Assembly: GCA_951406725.2 (NCBI GenBank)
Contig: OX597818.1
Span: forward strand, 76,756,001-76,820,000
DNA: 64,000 bases
Direction: 5' to 3'
From: Octopus vulgaris
Taxonomy: Eukaryota
Under the pieces are notes generated by a model. It made no database searches. It was not told the DNA's origin and worked only from the letters and a program-made list of their open reading frames with translations. Position 1 is the stretch's first letter, and each line of letters opens with the position of its first letter. Below are positions 25,446-39,311 of this stretch, one piece after another. Made by a program: the position numbers and the translations under genes.

Positions 25446-28400
25446 TGCTGGATCAAGAGAATGTCTCTTCTTGTGACAACTTAGGCACTTACAACAATTA
25501 ACTAAAGTGTAGTACTATCTACCAGGTCATACTCATTTGCAAGTAACTGCTAATGAGTTGAGTGATTTTTTTTTATTCATATGTTCCGAGCAAGACAAGG
25601 AACTGCATCCTGTGGTTAGGTTCCATCTTTAGAGTTCAAGAGTTTTCTAGAGTATGAAGTTACTCCTTAGCTACCACCATTCCAAAGTTCACTCTGGTCT
25701 TGGATGGTTGTGCATGTTTAGGGCCACAGTTATATGTCAGACAGCAGATGGTCCTAAGGCATGCAGAACTTGGAGAAGAACTGGTCCCTAAACATGTGTT
25801 ACAGTGTGTGGACATGCCTTCATGTTACATAAACCATTTTCTCTTTATAAGGGTTAAATGGGCCCTATACTTCAAGGGTAAGCTTAAGGGAGAGTAGGTA
25901 ACTGTCAGAGTAAACAGTGAATAAACTGGCCAAAGGCAACTGGAAATGATTGTTGTATCTTTCCAAAGAAAAATCAATTATCTTTAGACTCTGTCATGAT
26001 GGTTCATGATCATCACTGCCTGGAAAACAGGCATTATACATGAAGAGAGAAAGAAATTTTTCACTAGACATAAACATATGACATGTGCCAGATATGTAGA
26101 CCATTTACTTATCATTATGGACACGAGACATCAAGAAATTTGAAGGAATTCTTAGAAAACCACTCTGGACTAAACTTCAGCATCCAAAATATATATAGAA
26201 ATAAAAACAGTGATTTTCTTGAATCAGTACAATAAATGAAGGACTTTATAGAGAGAATGGTATCTTAATATTGAGGAATACAAAGAGATGATAAGCAAAT
26301 AGAGTTTAGGAAAGATCTACTGAAAGTATTGATTTAAACTTGAAAAAGTCACAGGAAGCACTAAATTGAATATCATCAACTATTTGGCATTAAATTTATT
26401 GCATGGTTGGAATAGGCCTTTATTCAGGTTGAAGAATGATCACACATACATACACATGCACGCATGTGGGAACCTTTCTCTATCAGTCTTTGTCTACTAA
26501 ATCCACTAAGAGCTTTCGTCAGCCTAAGATATAGTAGAAAACACTTGTTATTTTGGTGTTTCCCCACTGTATTGCCAGTTTCTCAGATAGGAATAACTAG
26601 ACAACAAAGAAGACCTACTCGTTGCGACTGTAATAGTGTGTATTATTTATTTATTTAAAGTATGAAGTATAATTTACATTTTCAGACTTCTAAACATTAC
26701 ACATTCTCTAGTGTTGCCTCTACAAATACTAGACAACAGTCAGTCTCTATGTCATTTTAGTGAATAGTTGTTGTTAGAAAATGTAACCAACCATGAAAGT
26801 TCCAGGACCAATAATTAGTGCAGTTGTTTCGTATTCTGCATTTATCAACATCACTCATCTTAAAACGGTTAAAACTGAATAGTTATTTGCATAGTATATG
26901 TCATCATCATAATTTCACATTCACTTTCTTTTCTGGTATGCACTGGATGGGTCGTCATGATTCAAGTTAGTTCTTATTTGAAGCTAATATGTTCCTACAT
27001 GTAGTCAAGGAATAATGCCTCACTCATTCATCTTGGCTTCATTTCTAACATCAGCCACTTTACAGAGAGTACTGGATGCATGAAGAATGAAGAGTATAAC
27101 CTGTGAACGAGATTGACCAGAGTTAAATGCCATGGAAGAGGTTGGGAGAAATGTGAGATACAGTGCTAGAGGAGTAATCAAGGAATTGTTTTTTCTTTTT
27201 TTCATATTGACATTTTAAAGTAGAACATTTAAGTACAAAGAAACAGGAAAAGAGATAGATAAAAAAGAAAAGAAAAGGTAGGGGAAAGCAGCAGAAGATG
27301 GGGGGGGGGTGATGGGTTATATACCCCAGAACAAATGATGTGCTCAGCTATGCCCTGCAGTAATGACCATGTTAGCTTGGAGAATAGCCAGCGACACTCA
27401 CTGCAGTAGCCACTCTACTTTGCAGGGCTCATTTTTCTGACAGGTTCCTTTTACCCCTATTTTATGGAGGATATCAGTATTACAGGGTCCATGTAATTAA
27501 AGACAGTAAAGGTATCAGGTTAATGATTTCTGAATGTTTACAGGTAGAAATAGTTGTATAAACAGTCAATAGTAAGAATGTTAGTGGATGTCAATAATGA
27601 ATGATCTAGGGTTGAGGGAGTGATGGTTGGCAGTGTAGCGGTGTGGTGATGATGTTAGCTGGTAAGGAAGATGGATAGACGTGGAAGTCAGTGGGCCACC
27701 TGAGAGAGGGATAGTGCAGAGCATAGGGAAGTGGATGGTGATGTATTGGGTACCTGTACATTTAATATAATCCCTTCCTCAGACATCATGAAATAGAAGG
27801 ATAAAGAAGGGAAACATAGCAAAAATAGTGGTGGTAAGGGGGAATTACTTCTCAAGCCTTTCTCTCCACTGTCTTACTTGCAAGGTTTGAGTAGTAATTC
27901 TCAGGATTTTATTACTTGTCCAGGTTGAACCTATACACTGGGCTACTCAAATTCTGCTCTATCTAATCAATGACATTACAGTATGAATTTGCAGGAATTA
28001 TACCTTTCTGCAAGAAATCACTGTGAATATTTGCTCTGATGAATTTTGTATATTTTAACATTCATTTCTATAACTGTGTTATATATGATTTGCTACCTTT
28101 GAAACTACATGTCCATCTGTTATTCTGTTATACTTTCATTTTCCCCAACTGATTCATTATCTTATAGCCAACTCTTATTTGCACTGATTCTGTACTCCTG
28201 TCAGAAATGCCATTGACAACAAGATGGCAATCATCTATGAAGTTAATCATTACCAATTATATAATATATATACATACACATGTTTACATATTTATGTATG
28301 TTATACATTTTGTTTTGCAAAATTCTTGATGTGAAATATCATGTTGTATCTTAGGAGGTTTATGTTGTCTATAAAAGCATACTGACTGGTTCTGGGGTTG

Positions 28401-31400
28401 TTGTTTTTTCTTTTTATTAGTTAACTAACTGATTAAATAATTGATTGCTTGACTAAAGTTTTGATTAATCTATCAATTACTTGGCTTGCTAGAGTTCTTT
28501 TGTTTCTATAGATGACTTCATCAATGATATATTCTTTTTGCTCCAGCTCTATCATGCCATGCAAACTGACAAAGTTTACTCAAGTAATTAGTTATGTTAA
28601 AATGAAGTGAAATAGAAACAGTGTGTGTGTTCCATATCTGAATTTGTTGCCATAGCATGTTATTTTAGTCCTGCTAACTTATTCTTCAAGTCATCATGGC
28701 ATCAGTGATGTTTTAATTTTCGGATAATGAACATAGAAAAGCCTCTTGTCTCCTCACATCCATACTGACTTCAAATAAGCATATACATTACCACGCCCTT
28801 GTGTAATAACAAATGGAAGTGTTAATTTCTCTAAAACTTTGTGTAAGTGTCTGTATGTAAAAAAAAACTGTTTTACATACAACACATCATCACTTGTTGT
28901 GTTGCATCTGTTTGTGATTATTTTTCTGTCATCTCATAACATATGATGAGATTTTCAACCAGCCATGTCATTAGAGTGTTTGTCTGATGGCCAATTCTGG
29001 TTACTCTCTTTACTTACAAAAGGCAGACTATATGAAAACCTGTGTAAAAAATGAGATGTTGTATGGTTTTGTAATATATACCATGCTTTTGCTAATTCTT
29101 TTAGGTGCCTGTGTAGTTGTTAGCAGACTACATAGATACCCCCTTGGCCCTGCCTTTCTCAACGTGACAACCACTGCCTGGTCTGAGAATTGAACCATTG
29201 TGTCAAAATTTGAAATCAAATTAATAGAAAGACTCTAAGTGGTCACTTAAAGTGGTGTTGCGCAATATGTTAGGCTGTATTTTACCAAAACCAATACATT
29301 AACTCCTTTTATGTACTATTTACATCTAGTGGGTGTCATCACCTCATTCTATGTTGTTGTTGTTTTTATTGTCATTGTTTTGTTGTTTTGTTACCCTACG
29401 GACATTGTGCATTATGTAAATGTGATTGTGTCATGTTTCCCACAGTTTCATAAGACCTGTTTGATTTCTTTGACAAATTAAAACAAAGTTTGTAAGGGCA
29501 ATTGGATATATTTATAACATATGACATTAGAAGTGTCAGGCCTGCTGCTTTCAAACAACATATTGGAAGCCCTTATAATTTGTGTTTAAGGGGTAGTTGG
29601 ATTTACAATAGATGACATTTGAAGGGTTAAGCCTGCTGCTTTCAAACACCAAGATCAACTATGCCTCTCATCCTTTTGAGATCAATAGAATAAGTACCAG
29701 TTAGGTACAGGGGTCAATGTAAGAGATTAGACCTCTCACCTCAAAATTTCAGTCCTTGTGACTACAGTAGAAGGGATCATCATCATTACTACTACTACTA
29801 CTACTACTACTACCATCATCATCATCATCATCATCATGGCAGAATCATTAGCATGCCAGACAAAATGCTTAGTGGTATTTCATCTGTCCTACATTTTGAG
29901 TTCAAATTCTGCTGAGGTTGACTTTGCCTTTCATCCTTCCAGGGTCAATGAAATTAGTATCAGTTGCTCACTGGGGCTGATGTAATTGACTAGACCCCTC
30001 GCCACAAAATTTCAGGCCTTGTGCCTTTAATAGATGAGATTATTATTGTTGTTTTACTTCTCAGAACACTCAGTCTTGTTTGTTCTGGTAAATTCCGTGA
30101 GAGCAGACAGCAACCTGCTCTCATTATTACTATTGTTGTTGTTTCATTTCTAGCTTTCTGCACTGTGAATTCAAATGTTGCCAAGGCCAACTTTTCCTTT
30201 CATCCCTCCTGATATCAATAAAATAAAGTACTATTCATGTAATGAGGTCAATGATATCTGTTAAATCTCAGCTCTTAAAATTGTGGCCTTGTGCTTAAAT
30301 CAGAAACAATAATTATCATCATGACTAATCTAGAAGAAGTGGCACTGCCATGTGTCTAGTGTGACATGTCAGTGGATGGGTTTGTCATGATGTCATAGTG
30401 GAGGAATCCATTATGACAGCAGTGACTGTGTTGGTTCTAGACATGGAAGAACTTTGGAAGTTGTAGATCATTCAGATTTGGCCACACTAGACCTCATAGT
30501 TCAGATAATACAGGATTAAGATTAACTGAAGAAAAGTCTGTGATGTTGTTACTGGTATTTAACTCATACCAGTGATAAATCATCGTTATCTTCATTTTAA
30601 CATCTGCTTTACCATGGATGTACATGTGAGTTGGAATTTGTTGAGTCAAATTTTCTTTTGTTGCGTACCCTTCCTGTTGCCAATCTCACCTGTATCCAAG
30701 CAGGGTACTATTTCCCCATAGCTGGCCAGACATGTTTTCAGAGAAGGTTAGAAATTGGAAATGAACAACACTGCTTGTATGATAGTGACACTTACTTACA
30801 ACCATCATGTGCTGTCAAGACAAGGTTTTGGGCAGATGGACAGACACACACATGAGCAGACACACACACATATGATGAACTTTCAGTTTCCATCTACCAA
30901 ATCCACTCACAAAGCTTTGGTTGGCTCAGGGCTGTAGTGGAAGCCACTTGTCTGAGGTGCCACACAGTGGGACTGAACCCAAAACCATGTAGTTGGAAGT
31001 AAACTATTTAAACACACAGCAATGTCTCCACTTATGCCAATAATAAATGATGATAAAGAGGATGACGTTAAGAAGTAAACAGGAATAAATATTTGTATAT
31101 TTATACAAACAAAAATTGCTTTTCTTCTTTCTGCTTCCATAACATACAAGATCAGTTTTAAAATCCCAATTTTCCCAGATTTCATCTTAACTCTCATTTC
31201 ATTTTTACTTCATAACATTTCATGGTAGTGCACCTTGACCCATGCAGAGTGAAAGGGGATGAGGAGTGGTGGTCATATCAATTACTAACATCTGAGATCA
31301 TCAGAAATATGTTTATCTTCAGAATTGACATTTCGCTTCAACTTTGATATCTTATACTTGTTATCATCTCAATTTGACACCAGATAAATATGTTTTAATC

Positions 31401-31447
31401 TGGAAATATTTATACTGACATCTGGTTTATAGAGGCCAACTTCTGAC

Positions 31448-31730
31448 CTAGAGTATAGCTAGCTACTCTCAATTCCTATAGAGTATAGCTACTCTAATCC
31501 AACTTTATATAATATAGACAATGACTACTCTACTTCAGCATTATATTCTACTCATTTGCTATATAGGAACATAGATATTCTACTCCATTATATAGTGTAG
31601 CGCATAGTTATTGTACTCTACCGTTATATAATATGGAGTATAGATATGCAACTCCACTTCTACATAGTGTGGAGTGTAGCTGATCTACTCCAACATTATA
31701 TAGTGTGGATTGAAGCTACTCTACTCTTGC
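31448..31730. repeat. Degenerate minisatellite
   Basis: Recurring gagtatagctactctactcc..cattatatag units, period about 35-40 bp. Confidence 0.6.
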
Positions 31731-33198
31731 TATTGACCTCGTCTCTTGTTTTGATGTTACCAAAAGTTGGCTCTATTAGTTTACTTATGCCATATTGTTA
31801 TTCCTGGACTGATAAACTGGTTCACTCCCCACATCTATTACCATGATGAATCTTTTAATTTATAATAGCAGCAATAATTAACATGTATGATAATTGTGAT
31901 GATTACCAAGAGAGCCAAACAAAAATGGTCTGCCAGTGATATATCACAAATAGTTTTATTTACATGTCATCATTGCAATTGTTGTTTATCATCATTATTT
32001 GTTATAGTCATCATCATTTCATGTCTGCCTTCACTGCTGGTGTAGGTTAGAATACCATTGAACTGGTCGGAGAGCTCTGTGTTGCTCCAGATCAATGCCT
32101 TATAGTCTCTACACCTGTATGCCCTTCCTAATGCTGACCACTTTACAGAGTGTACTAGGTGCATTTTTTCCATGGTCAAATTACCATGTAACTTGGGGAA
32201 ACAATAGAGCTTCCTCAACTGAGACAGGAGTATAGTAGGAAGGGAGGTGACATTATGCAAGGTATTGAGAATTTAAAGTATGCTAGAAGGGACAGGAACA
32301 AGTTTGCCACATGGTGTTAATGGGATGGAGCCCAAAGAGACATCAGCACCTACTCTCAAAGTACAAAAAGGTGAATTGAAAAGAGTGTGAGGACAAAATA
32401 TCAGGAAGGGTGTTACTTGCTAAAATTAGATTTGTAATAATTGCATTAAATAGTTGCCCAAGGGGATCTCCTTGTAGATGAAGAAAGTACGGTTAAGCAT
32501 ATGCCTTTTCATGTAGTAGGTATGTGTCCAACTGAACATTGCTGTGGATGTCTAATAAGACTGAAACATATTTGAAATTGTCACTCCTTACTTATCAGGT
32601 ATTAAGATTCAATCAGTACTATGTGATGTTGTTTAATATTTTTATCAGTTTAAATTTCACTGTTCTATCCCTTGCCTATATTGACAAGTGGCATTGTCGT
32701 TAACACTAATGACTTTTGTTCTTATTATACATGAAATTTCAGATAATTCCCTACTCCTTGCTTTGGTTAAGTACATTCAACAAGTTTGCCTGTACTTAAC
32801 TACACATGAATTATGGTCTTCAAAACAGATGGAAAATTGCCGCTCTGAAATATCTTCATTCTTTGCCTGACCCATATATTACAATAATGTCTGCTCCGTG
32901 TATATTTATGTTTGAAAACTTCATGACATAAAACAATAACACTAACAATAATTGGTTTGCATTTTTTTCATTCTCCTTATAATTATCAGATTTTCATAAC
33001 TCAGCATTCAGTTTTCCTCACAAGATTATTCCATGTTAAATTCCTGCAATCCAGACACAAATATACTTACACACCTCCATACAGCATACACGCAAGGGCA
33101 AATGGCCCTCTCCATAAGTAGTGCAACAAAATCAACGTTTTTTGGTTACAAATGTGAAGATGTGTGGATAGGTGTGTATTCTACGAGTGTGTGTTTGT

Positions 33199-33229
<31 letters not shown>

Positions 33230-33360
33230 AGTGTGTGTGTAGAAGAAAATTAAAGAAATTATGAATTGGTTCATCCTTTGAAAAGGAGTGTACCTCGTGC
33301 CATTCTTTGTAATAAACAAAACTAATATTTTTCATAACATCATTAGAATTTTGTATATAA

Positions 33361-33495
<135 letters not shown>

Positions 33496-34534
33496 TAATT
33501 ACTATTTGAACTTTGTAACTGTAAAGAAGCCCATATTTTTTTTAACATTCTTTCATAATCAATACCAAGCTTTACTAGAATTCTTTAATCATTCCATGTC
33601 ATACAGCAGACCTTCTGTCTATGCTCACCATCTGTCTGTTTCGCAGTTTCTTTGGCCGTCATGTCTCAACAAATCCCATCCAATCCATGCAAGCATGGAA
33701 AAGCTGATATTGCAAACGATAATGATGAGTAGATTAGAAGAGGTGTATAGCCTCCTAGTTCAATGTTCTTCTGTTTCTTGGACAAAGGGGTGTCTTGTGA
33801 GTGGTCATCAACAACTCCCTCACATTGCACTTCTGCTGATTCTAAAAGAGAGAGAGAAATTGATCCCAATGTTCGACTGGATACTTTATTTATCAATACC
33901 AGAAGAATGAAAACAGAGTTGACTTCAGTGGGATTTGAACTCAGAAGACAAAAAAAAAATATCCCAATGCATGTCAATGATTTTGCCAAACTCTGCTTTA
34001 AAAGCTGCTTTATCATATATATTTTTTCCTTTATTTTCAAGTAACCAACAGGCTTTCAATATAGAATTTTCAAAAAGGAAAACAGAATCAATAACAATCA
34101 AATATGCTGCTCTCATTGTCTTCATTATCATTAAAGGTCCACTTTTCCGTACTTGCATTGAAGACAAAGAGATAATACTTTACCGTTTGTTGCAGTCCTT
34201 CATTATCTTCTTTGTGAGGTTCTGCCTCTTGAGATCAGTTTTCACCATTTCTTCCATTATCTCCCTCAGTCTTTCTCTTCTATTCGTTCCTTTCATTTAC
34301 TAATCCTCCCAACTTCCATTCTCCATACAAATCACGCTTCTCTATCAGCACCATCTTCTCTCTTGCATGCTACATCTGTTTCCTCTTATGCCCAGTTTTT
34401 TCTCTGTGATATTTTATATACACTTTCCTCTCTTTTTTTACTCTTTTACTTGTTTCAGTCATGTGACTGTGGCATGCTGGAGCACCGCCTTTAGTCGAGC
34501 AAATCGACCCTAGAACTTATTCTTTGTAAGCCTA

Positions 34535-34586
<52 letters not shown>

Positions 34587-35117
34587 TGAGCAGGCTAATA
34601 TTCCTCCTATTCAGGTTACTTTGTCACAGCATTTCCCAATTACAGCTGAGTGAACTAGATCAACGTGAAGTGAAGTGTTTTGCTCAAGAAAACAATGTGC
34701 CACTCAGTCTGGAAATTGAATCCACAATTTGGCGTTAGGAAGGGCATCCAGCTGTAGAAACACTGCCAGATCTGACTGGCCTGGTGCAGCCTTCGGGCTT
34801 CCCAGACCCCAGTTGAACCGTCCAACCCATGCTAGCATGGAAAGCGGACGTTAAATGATGATGAATCTAGCAATTGTGAGTGCAACACCCTAACCACCAG
34901 GTCACATATCTTCACGCCCCCCCCTCCCCCCCCACACACACACATATATGTATATATATGAAGCATAGCTGTGTGATTGAGTTCTAACCACCCAATGATT
35001 TTGAATTTAGTCCCACTGCATGGTACCTTGGGCAAGTGTCTTCTGCTCTAGCCTCAGGTTGGCCAAAGTTTTGTGAATGGATTTAATCAATGGAAACTGA
35101 AAGAAGCTTCTAGTATA

Positions 35118-35331
35118 TAGAGTCCACCAAAAAAAATCTAGATACACTTCAAAAAAGAAAGAATCTGTATAAATATTTTAATTCAGTGTTATTGCAGTTT
35201 ATTCAGTGCTATGGCATTTTGATAAAACATTGAAAGAGGCATCTATATTTATAGAAGTGTTTATACTAGTTAAATATTTATACAGGTTTTTCATTTCCTG
35301 AAGTGTGCATACAATTTTTTGGTAGACTCTG
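35118..35331. mobile_element. Tc1/mariner-type MITE
   Basis: TIRs agagtccaccaaaaaa..tacacttca / tgaagtgtg..ttttttggtagactctg, flanked by TA. Confidence 0.7.
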
Positions 35332-36919
35332 TATGTGTTTGTGTGAGTTTGTATTTTGTTTTATATATATGTGTGTGTGAGTGTTTGTGGTGATGAGATT
35401 CTCTTCTCAGTGACATAGTTTTGTCCCACTGCATAGCACCTTGGATGAGTGTCTTCTGGCTATGGTCTAAGCCAACTGAAATATTGTGAGTGAATTTGGC
35501 TGATAGAAACTAAAAGAAGCCTAGCAGATTGAATGGTACTGTTTAGTTGTTGAAACTAAAAGGATTTCTTATCGGCTGCTGATGATGGGTTGTCTAAATT
35601 TGTTGTACATACTTTTTTGTGTTTTTGTTGTGATCTGTTTGTGCTTTATGTTCTCTATATTTCATTGCCATGCTTCTAATGCTTTTGTGTGTAAATTTGT
35701 TGGATTTTGTTAATTAGTTTTTATGATTCATGCTAGCCATATTTGTTGTGATTTTGTTAGACACACACACTCACATGTGTGTGTGGTAGGAGGTTTGTTT
35801 ACCTCCGTACTCTATGAAACTTCTAAGCTACAACTTGTCATTTATCAACAAATTACCTGCTTACTTCATGCCTTCAAAGCAATGTGAAATAAGTGATTTC
35901 TTATTTTGGAAAGCATGTCGTGTTTGCATGTCTATATGTCTGTGTGTATTTACACATGTATGTAAATGTTAATATTCCATGCTTGTCACCACTTGAACAA
36001 AACAATGGTGATGTTAACAAGCTTGTAGACATTATGACCAGTTGCACTGTGCTATTCAAGATCTACCAGTAACCTTTATTAGAAAACGGGTAAAGGTTGG
36101 CAACTGGAAAAACATCCAGCTGTAAAAATTCTGCCTCAAATTAACTGCCTGTCCAACTGATTTGTTCATAGAAAAATGGCCACTAAATGAACAAATGAAT
36201 GAATATATACACGTTGCCGTCATTGGCAAATAATATACTGAACAGTATGGGAGTGGTAGTGGTTTTTATGCATGCAGGCACTGCTACAATTTCAAAACTA
36301 TAGTGGAGTCTACTATGAAAAATATTTGAGAAAAGTGAAATACGATTTCTCTGTGTAAAATTTATGCAGATAACAACCCTCTATTTTGAAAAATCAAACA
36401 TTAACACTTAAATTCAGATGGGAGCTCTAATGATATTAGTGATAGGAATAAATATTTCATAAATATAATATTTCTTTGTGCAACGCTTTTTAAATTGTAG
36501 CAATACCAGTTGCATATAAAAACTAGTAACTCTCATAGTTTATATTCTTGCCTACAGATAAAAATGAAATATATATGTATTATATATGTAATAATTTCAA
36601 TTTGAGAAATACATTTATTTTATACGAGCCAGTCTTGATAAATGGTGTATGGAATATGTATCTTTTAGTTATTTCAGTCACTTGTAACTTTTACTTATAC
36701 AGTCATTTGACTGCAACTAAACTGGGGTACCACTTTGAGGGGTTTTAGTCAAACAAAACAACCCCAGGACTTATTTTTTTAAGCCTTGTACTTATTCTGT
36801 CATTCTGTTTTGCTGAATCACTAAATTACAGGAATGTAAATACACCTACGCCAGGTGTCAAGCGGTGGTGGGGGACAAACCCAGACCCAGAGACACACAT
36901 GCATAGACATACATACCTA

Positions 36920-37925
36920 CATGGTGATTGCTTCATCTTTGCAGATGATTGCCATCTGCCCATGTATCTCCATCAACCATCATCAGCTCCAAACATCTAT
37001 CCATGACCTCTTAGATGGCTTTTAAGTCCAACATTAGATTTGCACAGTCTGCAGCAAACGTCACAGACAAAAGATGTGCCCTCTATTGGTTTTATTGGGT
37101 CAACTTGTGGGATGTAATCCTTATGTACCCTCATATACCTTTTAAAACCAGGTATTGATTTGTAGATCTTTTTGAACACCACACATCTTGGAGGGATAGA
37201 GCTGCATACAGTTGGCTTTTTATGTGATTTTAAATGAGTGATGCACTCAGATTTAGAGAGCAGTAAATGACCACACAAATCCAGCTCACTATGTTCTTAT
37301 TGATGTTCATACTGTGGCCTTTTCAAAGCTGGTGTTTAAGTTTTTCATGATCAAGACGTCTCTCTTCAAACATTCTGCAAGCCTTTCTTCACATATCTTC
37401 TCCATTTACTCCTCTTTAAAGGAAGCACTTCCCAGTTCTGATCTTCAAACTGAAGATCTTTAAGGGTGTTTTTATGCAATCTTTATATCTTTTTCTTGGT
37501 TCATGGTGAGGGCATTTCCCAGTATGCAATTGACTGTAGAATAGTTGTTTCGGGAGTCTTTCCTCATTCATGTGCACAACATGGCCTACCCAACACATTT
37601 GAAAGGATATGATGATAGATTCAATGCTCATGCAGCCAGCATCTATAAGGATTTGAGTGTCAGGTATTTTCTGTTTCCATTTGATGCTTAGGATTCTTCT
37701 GAAACGCTTTTGCTTAAAGTGTTCAAGCAAATTAAAGAACTTATGATGTACTGTCCATGTTTCTGAAGAGTACAGCAGAGCCACTTAGAATGCAGGCCTT
37801 GTACATTGGTCTTGATATTGATGCTATTAACTGCCCACACTCTCTTTTCCAGTTTTCCAAAGGCGACGGAGGCCTTCTAAATATGCAGGTGTATTTCTGC
37901 ACCCAATGAACCATCCCTTGATAAT
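36920..37925 (-). mobile_element. RTE-clade LINE 3' fragment with C-terminal C2H2-like zinc fingers
   Basis: Reads ASVAFGKL...LLYSSETW...RRILSIKW...WVGHVVHMNEERLPKQLFY, followed by finger-like units ending in FVCDVCCRLCKSNVGLKSHLRGH. Confidence 0.88.
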
Positions 37926-37957
37926 GTACTACATACATATGTACGTATATATGTATG

Positions 37958-38003
<46 letters not shown>

Positions 38004-38516
38004 GCTTCTTTCAGTTACCATCTACTAAATCCTCTGACAAGACTTTGGTTGGCTTGAGGCTATAGTAGAAGACACTTGCCCAAGGTGCCAGGCTGTGAGA
38101 CTGAACCTGGAACCATGTGGCTGGGAAGCAAGCATATTACTACACAGCCATACCTGCACCTTCAAGCTACACCTGCACCTATATATATGTATGTATATTT
38201 TAATGTACACATTCTCAAATTTTCATTCACACTACAAGACCCTTTCGAATGAACACAGAATCCACAGCTCCATACTTTGAAATAACCAAACATGGACTAC
38301 TACTGGTACTAAATACCATGTACAGGAAACTTTTTTATCACTTCTATTCACCACTTTCCTTAAATAATGGAACTGCAACTACAATATCTCTATATATTTT
38401 ATATTTCATTTTTGCTTTCATTCTTATTTCCCTCTATATTCCCTATCTCTTCCTTTTCCTTAATAATTCCTTATTTCGAACTCAAATATTTATCTTTATT
38501 TAACCATCTCACATCA

Positions 38517-38562
38517 TCTCTGATGAAGGGATATGCATAATATCCCAGAAACAGCTGTAAGA
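38517..38562 (+). ncRNA. Minimal type-I hammerhead ribozyme motif (PLE/retrozyme-like)
   Basis: tct-CTGATGA-a-gggatat-gcata-atatccc-a-GAAA-c-agct-g-TA-aga. Both core boxes are intact, with a 7-bp stem II, a palindromic stem III (acagctgt) and stem I tct/aga. The A.A pair at the base of stem II is non-canonical. Confidence 0.7.
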
Positions 38563-39080
38563 CTGTATCTATATCTTTTTCCTTATAAATGTCCTGAAAA
38601 CTACTCACAGCCCTGGCTTTGTTATCTCATTTTGTCTAATATACATACATATACATACACACACACACACACACACGCACACATCTTTTCTTTTATCTTT
38701 TACTTGTTTCAGTCATTAGACTGTGACCATGCTAGGGCACCACCTCGAAAAGATTTGAGTCAAATGAATATTTTTTTAAGCCTGGTACTTATTCTATTCA
38801 GTTCATTTTGCTGAACTGCTAAGTTATGGAGATGTAAACAAACCAGCACCAGCTGTCAAGTGGTGGTGGGTGACAAAAAAGTTAAAACAAAGCAAACATG
38901 AGGACATAGCACAAACAGTGTATTAACATGACGCTCAGGGAAAGAAGAATGTTGTTTTACATTTCAAACATAGCTCTTCATTGGAAACGGGAAAAACAGC
39001 AAAGTCCAAAAGGAAAGAAAGAAAAATATGTGTGTGGTCGATGCCAGTGCTGCCTGAATACCTCCCATGCTGGTGGGCAA

Positions 39081-39311
39081 GCGGCGAGCTGGCAGAAACG
39101 TTAGCACGCCGGGCGAAATGCTTAGCGGTATTTCGTCTGCGTTACATTCTGAGTTCAAATTCCGCCGAGGTCGACTTTGCCTTTCATCCTTTCGGGGTCA
39201 ATAAATTAAGTACCAGTTACGCACTGGGGTCGATGTAATCGACTTAATACCTATGTCTGTCCTTGTTTGTCCTCTCTGTGTTTAGCCCCTTGTGGGTAAT
39301 AAAGAAATAGG
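39081..39311 (+). mobile_element. SINE family B, young CpG-rich copy nested in an RTE tail
   Basis: gcggcgagctggcagaaacgttagcacgccgggcgaaatg...gagttcaaattccgccgaggtcgactttgcctttcatcctttcggggtc. RTE-tail sequence continues on both sides. Confidence 0.85.

Noticed and set aside
29490-29650. Repeated gcctgctgctttcaaaca as a possible TSD
   Set aside because: Similarity extends upstream, so it is an old ~91-bp tandem duplication with no element between the copies.
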